A stretch of DNA of 64,000 bases from the NCBI RefSeq assembly GCF_000485595.1, contig NW_014577074.1:1376467-1440466 (forward strand), written 5' to 3'. The position numbers and the translations under genes are program-made. Origin of the DNA: Priapulus caudatus. Lineage: Eukaryota. Below, piece by piece: positions 1 through 12,892 of the stretch (positions are counted from its first letter, which is position 1; every line of letters begins with the position of its first letter). The notes beneath the pieces were generated by a model. The model made no database searches. It was not told the origin of the DNA and was given only the letters and a program-made list of their open reading frames with translations.

Positions 1-888
1 ATTTTTTTTAATTTGGATAATTGAAATTTTGGCTTTTAGAAATGCACGGAGTACGAACCAGACTAGTTTTTGTTGTCTTTTTTTAAACTCTACAAATCCT
101 AACTAACAAAACCTACTTAATCCCCAAGTTAAGACTCTAATGGTGGTGGTGGGGGCAAGCAGAGCTATTCTTCGCTACATCAGTCAAAGGTACATTAAAT
201 ACTTTTTTCAAGAGGTAAATCGCACACAGACAAAAATGATTTTGCAGCGCAGTCCATCAGATTACATTCGAGGAAAATCTGACGTGTAACCTTTTGCCTT
301 TGTCAGCAATATTTGGAACAGTCATTTTTTCAGAATGATTGATATGAATAAAACAACGTGACACCGTGCCTAACGTACACCGAAACATGTTTCAGACAAT
401 GATATTTCAGCAAGTTTAAGGAAAAATGGTTTTTTATAACATGTAAAATTTCCATCTACAAAGCAAGCAACAACGTTATAATAGGACTTCCCTAACTTAC
501 CATACACAAACAGTAAAACAAATAAATGGTAATTCTAATTGACTACACGGAGGGACACAAGATTCGATACACAAAGGTGCGCAATATATGCACACACACA
601 CTCGTACACACACGCGCACACGAACATGCGCACAGGCATGTACCCACGCACGCACACAACATACATATGCACAGACATGCACGCACATGCATGCGCGCAC
701 ACACACATGCACGCACGTACACACATGCACGCACCTAGATAAAACCTTTACCTCCGAAACAACTTTTCACTGTGTTGCAGAAATTCAAAAACAAGCGCAT
801 AAGGAGTATGAAAAATCTGTGAAAAAATATACTGAAAAATCATTTTACAACCAGTGCACAAGTATGTAATATTCTTCCTATACGCTGG
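1..888. repeat. Left arm of an ~0.9 kb inverted repeat (may extend beyond the window start)
   Basis: Reverse complement matches ~3501-4409 apart from small indels. Confidence 0.95.
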
Positions 889-1202
889 ACATAAGGATTC
901 TATATTCATATACGATGGACATAAGGATTCTATATTCCTATACGCTGGACATAAGGATTCTATATTTCTATACACTGGACATAAGGATTCTATATTCCTA
1001 TACGCTGGACATAAGGATTCTATATTCCTATACACTGGACATAAGGATTCTATATTTCTAATACGCTGCGACATAAGGCCTCATATTCTATACGCTGTGA
1101 CATAAGGGATTCTATATTCCTATACGATGGACATAAGGATTCTATATTCCTATACGATGGACATAAGGATTTTATATTCCTATACGCTGGACATAAGGAT
1201 TT
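870..1202. repeat. 30-bp minisatellite (tacgctggacataaggattctatattccta), ~11 units
   Basis: Direct periodicity. Confidence 0.95.
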
Positions 1203-1211
1203 CGTCTATAT

Positions 1212-1405
1212 TACCTTCTACTGACCACGCCGCTACCTTCTACTGATCACACCGCTACCTTCTACTGACCACACCGCTACCTTCTACTGATCACACTGCT
1301 ACCTTCTACTGACCACGCCGCTACCTTCTACTGATCACACCGCTACCTTCTACTGACCATACCGCTACCTTCTACTGATCACACTGCTACCTTCTACTGA
1401 CCACA
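1212..1405. repeat. 22-bp minisatellite (taccttctactgaYcacaccgc), ~9 units with a degenerate tail to ~1600
   Basis: Direct periodicity. Confidence 0.93.
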
Positions 1406-2055
1406 TAATGATCTGTACTGACCATACTGCGACCTTCAGTTGGCCATACCACCCCCTTCAACTGACCATACCCCAACCTTCTACTAACCATACTGTGACC
1501 ACAACTTAACCATGTAGTGACCACACCTTGTATATAATGCATTTTAAGCTCATACTGACCACATTGTGACATTTTACTGACTGTACCATGACTTTATACA
1601 GACCTAAGCAGGATCTCATATTGCCTGCACCGTAGTTGTACTATAGATATGTACACGAGCTAATAATTACTGTGGTGTTTATTAGCTCTTGATACGTATA
1701 TACAAAAACATAGCGTCTTGTATATATATCTATGGTTGTACAAAACAAGGTTATGCCCTAGTGCTGATTTCCTCATGCTCCTCGTGTTTATTACACACCC
1801 TATGATGAGATCATGTATCTATTTTCGCCCGTAGTAGCAAATCAAAGTGTTTCGACATACGTACAATGAGCTGATCTACGTGCAACAGTGCTCACCGGTA
1901 GTATGTCCTGAACTTAGTTTTGCTACCTTAAACGTATAAAGCTTATCACACAACTTGCGCCGTCCTTCGAGGAGTCTCGAGCTTTCACCCGGTCGGTGAC
2001 TGGATGCGTCGAGCGTGTTTGACGTGCACATTCGTGTGTCGTTGTCGTTCATCAG

Positions 2056-2188
2056 GAGTCAGCGCATCGTGTTCAGCATCAGCACGGTGACGACGCGCAT
2101 GCGCACGATCGCCTACCACGCCGAGCTCGACTACATCTTCTTACGCCTTAGCGACGACATACGCAAGACGGGAGTCCACAAGATCAGC
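2056..2188 (+). CDS. TTC13: TTC13-like, internal exon (SQRIVFSISTVTTRMRTIAYHAELDYIFLRLSDDIRKTGVHKIS); upstream exons not found in window
   Basis: ttcatcag| acceptor and |gtgagt donor. Resembles the TTC13 segment ILFSV..T...RT..YHAE.D. Phase joins the next exon. Confidence 0.85.
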
Positions 2189-2473
2189 GTGAGTATGCGC
2201 ATGCGCACATACAGGCAGTGCTGGCCATGCTGCAAAAGAACGTTTCCGCTTACCTAAATAGCACGTTCTCTTGAGAAGTTGCCAGTGTTGTCGATATGAG
2301 ACAGTAACTGTCGAACAAGACATGGTGTCGGCCATTTTATTTTGGTAAGCTGCTGTGGTGGGCGAGCAGGTGGAATATATGGGTAGTTTAGTTATGCTGG
2401 AGAGTAGATGAAGAATTGTGCAAACAATTGTTTTGTCATTTAGAGTGGAATTAAATATTTGTGTTATTTTTAG

Positions 2474-2553
2474 GATGCAGATGGACTGTCACACCTCATA
2501 CTCTCTCTGGTCTACTATTTCTACAATCTCATGCCATTGACTAAAGGCTCGAG
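2474..2553 (+). CDS. TTC13: TTC13-like exon (DADGLSHLILSLVYYFYNLMPLTKGS)
   Basis: tttttag| and |gtaaat. LILSLVYYFYNLMPL matches the conserved TTC13 C-terminal motif (recalled). Confidence 0.93.
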
Positions 2554-2712
2554 GTAAATATGGTTATCATTGTCAAGTTAGTTAGCGATCGTAAGGTGAT
2601 CGATGGTTGCTAAAGGCTTTATTTGGAAAAAAATGATAGATAGTTGTAGGTTCATGCTTATTTTTACATAATTTATTGTGATTAGAAATGTGAGAGTTTG
2701 ATTGCATTTCAG

Positions 2713-2791
2713 TGCCATAGCGTACTCTGTTGCGTTGGGCTTGTTTATGTCAATCGGAAGAGAAGTCACCAGCAGGATTCCACCTGGCAAG
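2713..2791 (+). CDS. TTC13: TTC13-like exon (SAIAYSVALGLFMSIGREVTSRIPPGK)
   Basis: catttcag| and |gtacta, phase 2 to 0. Matches TTC13 SVIAYSVIVGALMASGKEVAGKIPKGK. Confidence 0.92.
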
Positions 2792-3500
2792 GTACTAGTA
2801 GCGTTTTGGAATCAAATGTGATTCCACATTGGTTACGTTTTTTTAAAATTAAGTATGTGTGGAGTTATTATGAAAATGCATTTTTGTTAGTTCAGTCGTT
2901 CATTCCTGTTTTTTATACTAGTTTTATGATTTTTTTTATTCGTTTTGTTAGTTTGTTAATAGCTATGTTAGTGTCGTTTTAGTTTTAAAGTTTCTTAGTA
3001 AATTAATGAGTATCTAGCATAATTGAGGCATTCAGGTGGTGCATTTAGAACATATTCTAAGGAGGCTAACTATCATAACCCAAACCAGACTGGTTTTCTA
3101 TAATCAAATATGTGTGTAGCATTGCCTTAGTTGTGGGGGTGGTAGGAATAGCAGTTGTAGCTTCCGATGGCCATTGTCATGCTGCAGCACTATATGAGTG
3201 TCACATTTTTCTGTGATGTTAGCTCTACACTAATTAAATTCACCTGTTATTACTTTATGGTTTTTACATTTTTTCTGTTAAGCTCGCGTGACAGTTGTCT
3301 TTGTATTTGCATTTTTGTTTTGCATTGTTAGTTTAATTGCTTCAACATTTTGCTATGATGTCAATTTGACACTTGTTACGTTTCTTAGCCTTATGTTCAG
3401 TCACTATTTATATATTAATGCCTGCTGTTGGGGGCACTATGCTCTCATAGTGTTGCTGAGGGAAGGAATAGTGCCCGAGCGGTAGCGAGGGCACTATTCA

Positions 3501-4409
3501 CAGCGTATAGGAAGAATATTACATACTTGTGCACTGGTTGTAAAATGATTTTTCAGTATATTTTTTCACAGATTTTTTCATACTCCTTATGCGCTTGTTT
3601 TTTGAATTTTCTGCAACACAGTGAAAAGTTGTTTCGGAGGTAAAGCGTTTTATCTAGGTGCGTGCATGTGTGTACGTGCGTGCATGTGTGTGTGCGCGCA
3701 TGCATGTGCGTGCATGTCTGTGCATATGTATGTCACTATGTGTGTGTGCGTGCGTGGGTACATGCCTGTGCGCATGTTCGTGTGCGCGTGTGTGTACGAG
3801 TGTGTGTGTGCATATATATGCGCACCTTTGTGTATCGAATCTTGGTGTCCCTTCCGTGTAGTCAATTAGAATTTACCATTTATTTGTTTTTACTGTTTTG
3901 TGTATGGTAAGTTAAGGGAAGTCCTATTTATATCGTTGTTGCTTGCTTTGTAGATGGAAATTTTACATGTTATAAAAAACCATTTTTCCTTTAAACTTGC
4001 TGAAATATCATTGTCTGAAACATGTTTCGGTGTACGTTAGGCACGGTGTCACGTTGTTTATTCATATCAATCATTCTGAAAAAATGACAGTTCCAAATAT
4101 TGCTGACAAAAGCAAAAGGTTACACGTCAGATTTTTCCTCGGATGTAATCTGATGGACTCGCTGCAAAATCATTTTTGTCTGTGGTCGATTTACCTCCTT
4201 GAAAAAAGTATTTAATGTACCTTTGACTGATGTAGCCGAGAATAGCTCTGCTTGCCCCCACCACCACCATAAGAGTCTTAACTTGGGGATTAAGTAGGTT
4301 TTGTTAGTTAGGATTTGTAGAGTTTAAAAAAAGACAACAAAAACTAGTCTGGTTCGTACTCCGTGCATTTCTAAAAAGCCAAAATTTCAATTATCCAATT
4401 AAAAAAATT
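3501..4409. repeat. Right arm of the inverted repeat, inside a TTC13 intron
   Basis: Mirror of 1-888; the ORF track also shows mirrored ORFs. Confidence 0.95.
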
Positions 4410-5096
4410 TGTTGCACACGAGATAATATTAATTGTATTTCATGCATACATGTGTTCTACATCATAGGCTGGCTAAAAGCTAAATCCTCTGCAGATTTAA
4501 TTGTAATAAAACGTTGAATCGTGGTAGTTTGGTTTAGGGCGGAAACGTGTAAGCTTTGATCATGCTTTCCAGCAGTGTAATAATGCAACTGTTATTAGCT
4601 GAAAGATTTTCAAATTTATTTCTTTTCATTGTTTTAATGAAACCAGTTGTAAAGTTAGGTGTAACAGATTTATTGACGTGCATACCTTTTTTTGTTTAGA
4701 GTGAAAGCATCACTGTTGTCTTTTCGTACTGAAACAGGCTAGTAAATGTCACAGAAACTTGAAAATGAAAATATGAATTAAATATGAATTTGAGAAAAAA
4801 TGACGTAATAAGGCTACACAGATGTTAGACCTGTTATTGCTGCTGCTCATGCTGTTGTTGCTACTCCTACTGCTGCTTCTGTTGCTGCTACTACTACAGT
4901 CCTTGATTGTACAAATAGCCATGCATTGTGACCTGCTAAAATAACGATTTTTGCTTTCAGGGGTCACATGCATAACATGAGATATGCCGCCTACTCTTCG
5001 TTGGTGTTTGATCTCATGAAGACCATGCTCCAACACTTCAAAAAGTATGCCGCGCATTCAGTCGCGATCGAGGCTTGCATGATTTTGATTCCGTCA

Positions 5097-5545
5097 TTAT
5101 TAGCTCAGCTGACGAAGTCAGATGCAGCTTGTAGAATTGCATGATTGTTCGTGCGTCCGTGCGTCCGTCCATCCGTCAACACAAGTTTGGCACAAATCTT
5201 AACGACTCGATGTACGGTCTTGATATTCGGGACGTCGGGGGGGATCACGAAAAGGACTTGGGATGTCGAATTTGGGGGTCAAGGGTTAAAGGTCAAGATG
5301 TGTCAATGGCGGGGGCATATTTCCCCCTTAACTTAAGGTATAGGAGGAAATACGGAATTTCGGCACAAATCTCAACGGCTCGACCTATTCTCTTAATATT
5401 CGATGTATAGTGTGATGGGGAGGAAACCCATCACCAGCACGAAGTTGGAGGTTACAGATCAAAGGGCAGTGGGGGAAAGGTCAGATATCAGACATTTTCT
5501 GAGGACATGGTCTAACGGACCGAGTGCAAAACTTTTCAGCGCTGA
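5097..5545 (+). mobile_element. Helentron-associated non-autonomous element (HINE/DINE-1-like); 3' end approximate
   Basis: ttattagctcagctgacgaagtcag start with a short palindrome, (GTCC)n-like microsatellite at ~5150-5178, two related core repeats (ggcacaaatct at 5189 and 5362), ggtcaagggttaaaggtcaa motif. Confidence 0.55.
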
Positions 5546-6350
5546 CCTACCATTTCTATCACTTTATTGAAAGGACCATGAAATGTACTTTCCGCTGACG
5601 TGCGAAGAGTAAGTGTCTGACAACCTTTTGACCTGCAAGAGGAGGGTTAAATATGGATTTGTTGACTGTTAACAAAGGACTGAACTGCTTTTGCTATCGT
5701 GGATGTGAGGCTACAGTTCCACATTTCAATTGCAAAGGCAAATGTTTGTTGAACAAGGTTTAGGCTCCTTAAATCATATTATTTTCTAAAGCAGTCTGTA
5801 TTAGCACCCTGAGTATCACCCTGTAATAGCACCCTGAATGCTCGCGTGGGTAGGCAAAAACACGGGGGCAGCCCATTACGCATGCATGGGGGTGAACTTG
5901 CACTATTCTAATCATAATTATTGTCTGGCAACCTGCACTGCAGATGCTTTGCAATGCGATGCAAAGGCAATGCAATCACAGCTGAGCGAAATTCTCGCCT
6001 GCCTGAATATACTTGGATTTTAGCCGGTAGGATGTCAGCAACTCAATGGAGTNNNNNNNNNNNNNNNNNNNNNNNNNTATATACCTTCTTTATACTCCCT
6101 AATTTGCCGGTGCATTCGATGTAACAAAACGTTCGACACAAACACAACCGCCGTTCGAAATTACTCTTGCGTGGCACCCAGACGCAGGAGATTCGTGATG
6201 TAAACACAATGCGTTATAATAACAATGCGTCGCGCAAGCGATAGTGCCCGCTCAGGCGGGCACTATTGCTTCATAGTGCCTACTGCGTTATCCAATGAGA
6301 TTGCAGCGATTTATCAGGTCATGCACTAATATGTGTTTCTGTGTTTGTAG

Positions 6351-6430
6351 CTAATGCAATTCGAAGCAATGCTCTCAGGAGGGCAGGATTCCTTCATCAT
6401 GGTCACCAAACTGTGGATGAAAATCAAAAA
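6351..6430 (+). CDS. TTC13: TTC13-like exon (LMQFEAMLSGGQDSFIMVTKLWMKIK)
   Basis: gtttgtag| and |gtaagt. Matches TTC13 LVDFEAM...AF..V.KSWM. Confidence 0.9.
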
Positions 6431-7006
6431 GTAAGTTTGAATCCACATTGAATTATCGCGAAGTAGACATTGCTACTATGTGCTGGCTCGGCTGTTTGGC
6501 ACATTTACATCGAATCATGTGCAAGGCTTTCTGCAAAAAGAGCAGTGTATACTGCAGGGTTTCTTGTGGCAGGGGCTCGGCACAGTGGCACACCACCATT
6601 GTCAAATTTAACATTGCCAGTTTGTGAAAATGCTCCTGTAACAATTTTTAACATTAAAATTTTTTAAATTTTGAGGGAGTTTCCCCTCTCCCTCTCTCCC
6701 TCCGCGTCCGCCTGCATTATCTGCATACGTGCCTACGGCACGGCACGCCTTTGAATCCATCATACACGTTTTTTTCCTAAACTAGCCATTACCTCCTTTG
6801 TCTCATTTTCCTTCAGAAGAAACCCTGTACTGTACATGTCTTTTACCAGACCTCTCTAATGTCTGCTTGCTCTTCTCCTCTGCATTTGTATATTTTCGAT
6901 TTCTTGCTCAGTTGGTGATTCTGATACTCTAATCCTAAATTTCAGGAGATGAAATTGAAACATTGATTACTTGTTATTTGAAATTTTGTGTCGTCATTAA
7001 TTGCAG

Positions 7007-7112
7007 GAGTCAGAGCTTGTCTTCACTGCCACTAGTGCGAGAGCATCTACCCACGACAAGGAAAGTGCTAGAGATTCTAAACGTTGGTGCTGCACAGTGC
7101 CCAGGCCACTGA
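7007..7112 (+). CDS. TTC13: TTC13-like terminal coding exon (SQSLSSLPLVREHLPTTRKVLEILNVGAAQCPGH*)
   Basis: ttgcag| acceptor, correct phase, TGA at 7110-7112. Matches the TTC13 end LPSV.E.FPT.R...EVLN. Confidence 0.9.
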
Positions 7113-10050
7113 GACGGTGCCATTGTTACGAACCTACCGTAGTGGTCAGTGCATAGAGTTTAGGAATGATACGCTGGGGTCGGGGGAGGTCGTGGAACAG
7201 AGTTGTTGCTTATGGATGCAAGTGTAGTTCACACACACACCCATCGATGTACCCACGAGCTGGTAGCATGCAAAGCAAAAATATCTGTTTACACTTTAGT
7301 GCAATCCAGATTAATATTTTATTTTTAAGATTTCGTGCATGGTGATGACAAAGTTGTGCATCACGTAGACATGCAATGATTTCATTGCTATAATCACAAT
7401 ACTCCTGCCTTTTCCTCCATGCCAGCTCTGATGTCAAGGATGGAAAATTAACTAAAATCAGATCAAATGTGATACATCACTCTTCTGTCATTGCATGAGC
7501 TATTGGACCGGTAACGTAAATTTACGCATTGACATGATATCAAATAAAGGAAGCCTTCTACCTAAAGTCTGCGGGAACGTACAACTGCAACTCGTAGCGA
7601 TTCTGGTCGCTTGCAACGAGTTGCAAGAAATCAAACGGGTTTGATTTTCCACAACTCGTCGCTCGCAATCGCTTCGAAATCGCATGTGTACGGGTAATAG
7701 AAGTCATGGAAAGACAATGGAAAGACAAAAAGACAATGGAAAGAAGTGACTGCTGTTAACAGCAGTCGCTTGCATGCGCACACACGGTGAAGCGTGCGAC
7801 CAATCGCATGCGGTTGCAGGTTGCAGCGACGAGCAACCAAAAGTCGCAAGTCTGCACTAGGCTTAAGCACTGCACAAACACATTTAATTTACAGTGTTAT
7901 TAAAAAAGAAAATATGCACGTTTTATTTTTGTTACGTCTCTCCCGTCATTTCATGGAGCCTAGATAACCGATGAAAAGTGTTGATGATCATAACTTTTTA
8001 AATGGATCATTTTTCCTTAATAATATATAAATGCAGGTTCAATTATCTTCAAAATGGGTGTGTGTTGGACTATATAAACACTAGATGAGAGACAGCCTGT
8101 TCTACCCTCCCACAAACAATGACCATGTAGTGTGGGACTTTCTACTGTTTAGTACTGGGACTGTAGACTGGATCTCAACAGGCTCTAAATTTTGTACTTT
8201 TCTAATGATTTTCCTACCGTCGCTTATATGTATATATATATATGACCATTATATTACCATGTGTATAGGCTTTGTCGAATGGTTTACATGCGAAATACTG
8301 CACCTTTTGTCTCGTTAGTTAGCTGTTTAAAGCGATTTTTGATGTCTAACACCATGAGGTGAAACGCAAGGAAAAATTCATTGAAGTTACGCATCACGCT
8401 TCAGATTTCAATTCAATTCACGTGAGCAGTCTAAGTGGTTCTACGAATTTAGTAGATGTTCCGTTAAACTTTGTTCCGCATTTGTTAATGAAAGTTGGGG
8501 TTGAGTGAGAGTTGCAACCTCTGCAATATTTAAAAGTTTTTTTAAATTCAACCACAGAATGTTATACATCGTATGTTATGAACAGCGAGCGTTATGGATG
8601 GGTACCACGACCCAAAATCATGTTTTCTAATTCTTGGTTAAAATACTATTATATATTTTGTTAAACTCTAACAACGTGTTTTATGTTTTATTGGTACTTC
8701 CGCCCTCACACACGCATACGCACACGCACATGAACACACACAGTATTGACCATAACTTCTATCTTCCAGTGTTTTCCCCCATATAACACTATAGGGCTTA
8801 CTCTCGCCTAGATTCTGATAGTTTAGACTAAGCTATATCAGGTTCATATTTAATAACGTTTTTGTATTTACAAGAATGCTAATCTATGGAAGTAATTGAT
8901 CACCCATGATCTATGTGTCCACGTCTGAGGTATGTCTAGGCCGTAGTTGTCCCGGAAATCAAGTTGCATTTCTCATGTGGAGACATGAGAAGGGGGAACA
9001 GTCGACAATTAATGGGGCATGTATGCTTGCATATATAATAATAAATTTATAAATAAAACACGAATGCAGTTGTAGCCCAGTGCACAGGTGCTAACTCGTT
9101 TCACTTGTCGGAACAGCATGGATTTTTCCCCGACTCGTTCTCGTGTCAATAGCCAGAATTTCATTACAGGGATCGTACGCTGCCCTTGTAATAAATGGCT
9201 ACTTAACGTGCTAGTTTTATGGGCAATAAGCCTGCTTATTGCATTTGCTACATAAAGCAGTTTGTGGTTAGCAATAGAAGACGCCTGAGATTTCCTCTGA
9301 ACAATATAGAGTTGTATATATATGCGTGAATATTTATTCTACGATTCACACGAGCTGGTTTAGTCGCGCGTTAGGAATGTAACAGTTCAATACCGACATT
9401 CAGTCTGCATGAAATATACACGTTATTATCGACAGGTAGTTTACTTTTAGATTTAATTTAAAAGTCCTCTATTCGCCTCCTGCCATATAAATGATTGCAC
9501 GGTTTCGCCATCGGTATACGATGCATGCAACCGTATAAGGATAAGAGTGTCTGTACTCTCCTCAGTAGTGACCAACGTGTGTTTGTGCGATCCAAGGCAA
9601 CACGTATTTACCTGTTGCTATAATACCTGGCCGTCTGTGATTACAAGTTGCAAAACACTGGCCAACGCTAGGTAGCGTGGGTGCCAAGCACAGCGGTGCC
9701 TCAAGGTGGTCACTAAATAACAAACACCGATACTTATTACGCCGAGAAGGACAAGTGGAAATTTTTGTAACAAAGCGAAGTATCTGTAATGTTATGAGTG
9801 AACAAAACAGTACTACATGAGCTTCGAGATTTTTTATATTATCATAACCCACAACTCGTAAATTTCTATAAATTATCTATGTGCAGGGTTACGATTAAGA
9901 TCCGGGTAGTGATTTTAGGCTTGATCTTATTTTAATTTTTAAAATAAGGGTATATAATGCCGAGTATACAAATTTATATCGTTCAGTATTTGTGAAGTTA
10001 GACTGGTGAAGCGATTAGATACCAACGCAAACATGTTATACTAACACAAA

Positions 10051-10119
10051 CTACTCACAAACGCTCTACTCACAAACGGGTGTTTCTACTCACAAACGGG
10101 TGTTTCTACTCACAAACGG
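10051..10119. repeat. 20-bp tandem repeat (ctactcacaaacgggtgttt) running into an N gap
   Basis: Direct periodicity next to the gap at 10120-11096. Confidence 0.8.
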
Positions 10120-11114
10120 NNNNNNNNNNNNNNNNNNNNNNNNNNNNNNNNNNNNNNNNNNNNNNNNNNNNNNNNNNNNNNNNNNNNNNNNNNNNNNNNN
10201 NNNNNNNNNNNNNNNNNNNNNNNNNNNNNNNNNNNNNNNNNNNNNNNNNNNNNNNNNNNNNNNNNNNNNNNNNNNNNNNNNNNNNNNNNNNNNNNNNNNN
10301 NNNNNNNNNNNNNNNNNNNNNNNNNNNNNNNNNNNNNNNNNNNNNNNNNNNNNNNNNNNNNNNNNNNNNNNNNNNNNNNNNNNNNNNNNNNNNNNNNNNN
10401 NNNNNNNNNNNNNNNNNNNNNNNNNNNNNNNNNNNNNNNNNNNNNNNNNNNNNNNNNNNNNNNNNNNNNNNNNNNNNNNNNNNNNNNNNNNNNNNNNNNN
10501 NNNNNNNNNNNNNNNNNNNNNNNNNNNNNNNNNNNNNNNNNNNNNNNNNNNNNNNNNNNNNNNNNNNNNNNNNNNNNNNNNNNNNNNNNNNNNNNNNNNN
10601 NNNNNNNNNNNNNNNNNNNNNNNNNNNNNNNNNNNNNNNNNNNNNNNNNNNNNNNNNNNNNNNNNNNNNNNNNNNNNNNNNNNNNNNNNNNNNNNNNNNN
10701 NNNNNNNNNNNNNNNNNNNNNNNNNNNNNNNNNNNNNNNNNNNNNNNNNNNNNNNNNNNNNNNNNNNNNNNNNNNNNNNNNNNNNNNNNNNNNNNNNNNN
10801 NNNNNNNNNNNNNNNNNNNNNNNNNNNNNNNNNNNNNNNNNNNNNNNNNNNNNNNNNNNNNNNNNNNNNNNNNNNNNNNNNNNNNNNNNNNNNNNNNNNN
10901 NNNNNNNNNNNNNNNNNNNNNNNNNNNNNNNNNNNNNNNNNNNNNNNNNNNNNNNNNNNNNNNNNNNNNNNNNNNNNNNNNNNNNNNNNNNNNNNNNNNN
11001 NNNNNNNNNNNNNNNNNNNNNNNNNNNNNNNNNNNNNNNNNNNNNNNNNNNNNNNNNNNNNNNNNNNNNNNNNNNNNNNNNNNNNNNNNNNNNNNNTTCT
11101 CTCTCTTCTTCTCT

Positions 11115-11167
<53 letters not shown>

Positions 11168-11171
11168 GGTG

Positions 11172-11203
<32 letters not shown>

Positions 11204-12177
11204 TGTGTGTGTAAAAGTGATAGTTCATACGTTATCGGCGGTTGCTGCTGCTGCTCCTCATATTCATAACAGATATTCTTGATGAAGCGTGTATGAAATT
11301 ATTTAATGTACACTACTCTATATCACGAATTAATGTATATTTAAGGTTTAAGTAATTATGTATTCGTAGGCCTATACTTGTCTCCATCACCACTCATTGT
11401 CCTCTACGGTGGTTATAGCCAAGCGGGAATCTCTAGTATAAATGAGGGCGTGGGCCAATATTTGCTGTAACCAACCGGTGTGACACTGCTATCGATTTTC
11501 TTGTATATACTTCAATATCTGGAGGCTATTCGTATTGGTTCAGTAACATCTACGCTGTGATCATAGTAAGCGATCATCAGAGGGGTCGTATATTGGCCGT
11601 GGACAAGACTTCATCACGAATTAAAATATCTAGCCAGTCCCTGCACGCAGAGAATATGATAGCATATGTGAACCAATTTCTATGCTACTGCGCATGTAGT
11701 TTTGTGATGGCGTTTTCCATTTTAGCCTAAGTTTATGGAGTGTTTGCATCCCTAGGCAGGCGTGCGAAATGTCGAATCTTTAGGTGCAAATCATGTCAGC
11801 TAGTTCAATTATAAAATTAATAAAGTGTCATTTCCCTCCAACTTGTTCTGCCACTTTAGCTGTATTTTTATTCTTACTGCAAAAATATCAGCACAATACA
11901 ATTTGTTCTTTAATTACGTTTCATTGATTATCTTGAAGAGCGTTTTTTGAAAAAGGGGGTTGCGAAAACATTCTGAAACCCGAAAAGGGAGCCTTCACAA
12001 AGAACCGTTGCTCTAGACTAATGTGATCGGCGATTTTCCGACATTATTGACGTCATATAAACGCATCTAAATGGATTTTTTTCTCGGCAAATATAAAGCT
12101 CACGACGCACGTGACAGGTTTGTTGCAAAGCGAATTCAAAAATTATCGAAACAGAAAGGTTAGTCATTGCGCCCAGT

Positions 12178-12736
12178 TCAATGCTGTGCGGCTAGTCATT
12201 GCAAGCACACGTCAGCACACGTCAGCATACGTCAGCACAGTCACAATTTCACATCGCAGCGAACGGTAGTCACCGCCGGCCGAGCTGGTAAAACGGATGC
12301 AGGGGCGTGTACAGGGGGGGGGGGGGTCCAAGGGATCCGGAACGCGAAATTTGTTTTCCACTTGAGTTCCGGACCCACCATAGATAGTGTTTTGTAATAT
12401 ATGGTTCGTATATATATGATTGGATTATATTTAGTGTTAGGGTTCGGGTACGGGTTAGGTTTAGGGTTAAGGTATAGGGATTATTCATTTGACATTGTTG
12501 CTTCGAGGAAGTCGAGTGAATGGAGTGCGCTGATTGGCTGTGGTCCGGAACTCAAGTGGAAAAAAATTTCGCGTTCCGGATCCCTTGGACCCCCCCCCCC
12601 TGTACACGCCCCTGCATCCGTTTTACCAGCTCGGCCGGCGGGGACTACCGTTCGCTGCGATGTGAAATTGTGACTGTGCTGACGTATGCTGACGTGTGCT
12701 GACGTGTGCTTGCAATGACTAGCCGCACAGCATTGA
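12178..12736. mobile_element. Foldback element with ~195-bp arms and a degenerate (TTAGGG)n core; inner termini CAGGGGCG...CGCCCCTG at 12300/12614
   Basis: 12178-12375 is the near-perfect reverse complement of 12542-12736; core at ~12435-12479. Confidence 0.8.
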
Positions 12737-12761
12737 NNNNNNNNNNNNNNNNNNNNNNNNN

Positions 12762-12892
<131 letters not shown>

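Noticed and set aside
497..1105. Overlapping Cys/Val/His-rich and repeat ORFs (also 3621-3910, 27223-28140, 53991-54301, 58290-58682)
   Set aside because: They are translations of microsatellites and minisatellites, open in several frames on both strands.
4749..5057. 102-aa minus-strand ORF as a possible inverted TTC13 exon
   Set aside because: No convincing TTC13 similarity or splice signals; partly a trinucleotide low-complexity tract.
7560..7867. Possible PIF/Harbinger-type MITE fragment (ends gtctgcactaggcttaa); similar weak symmetry at ~47625-48325 and ~9565-9716
   Set aside because: A matching second terminus or TSD could not be established by eye.
10080..11282. Long ORFs of 300-400 aa (also 25325-26314 and 57108-58257)
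   Set aside because: They consist almost entirely of N-gap X residues.
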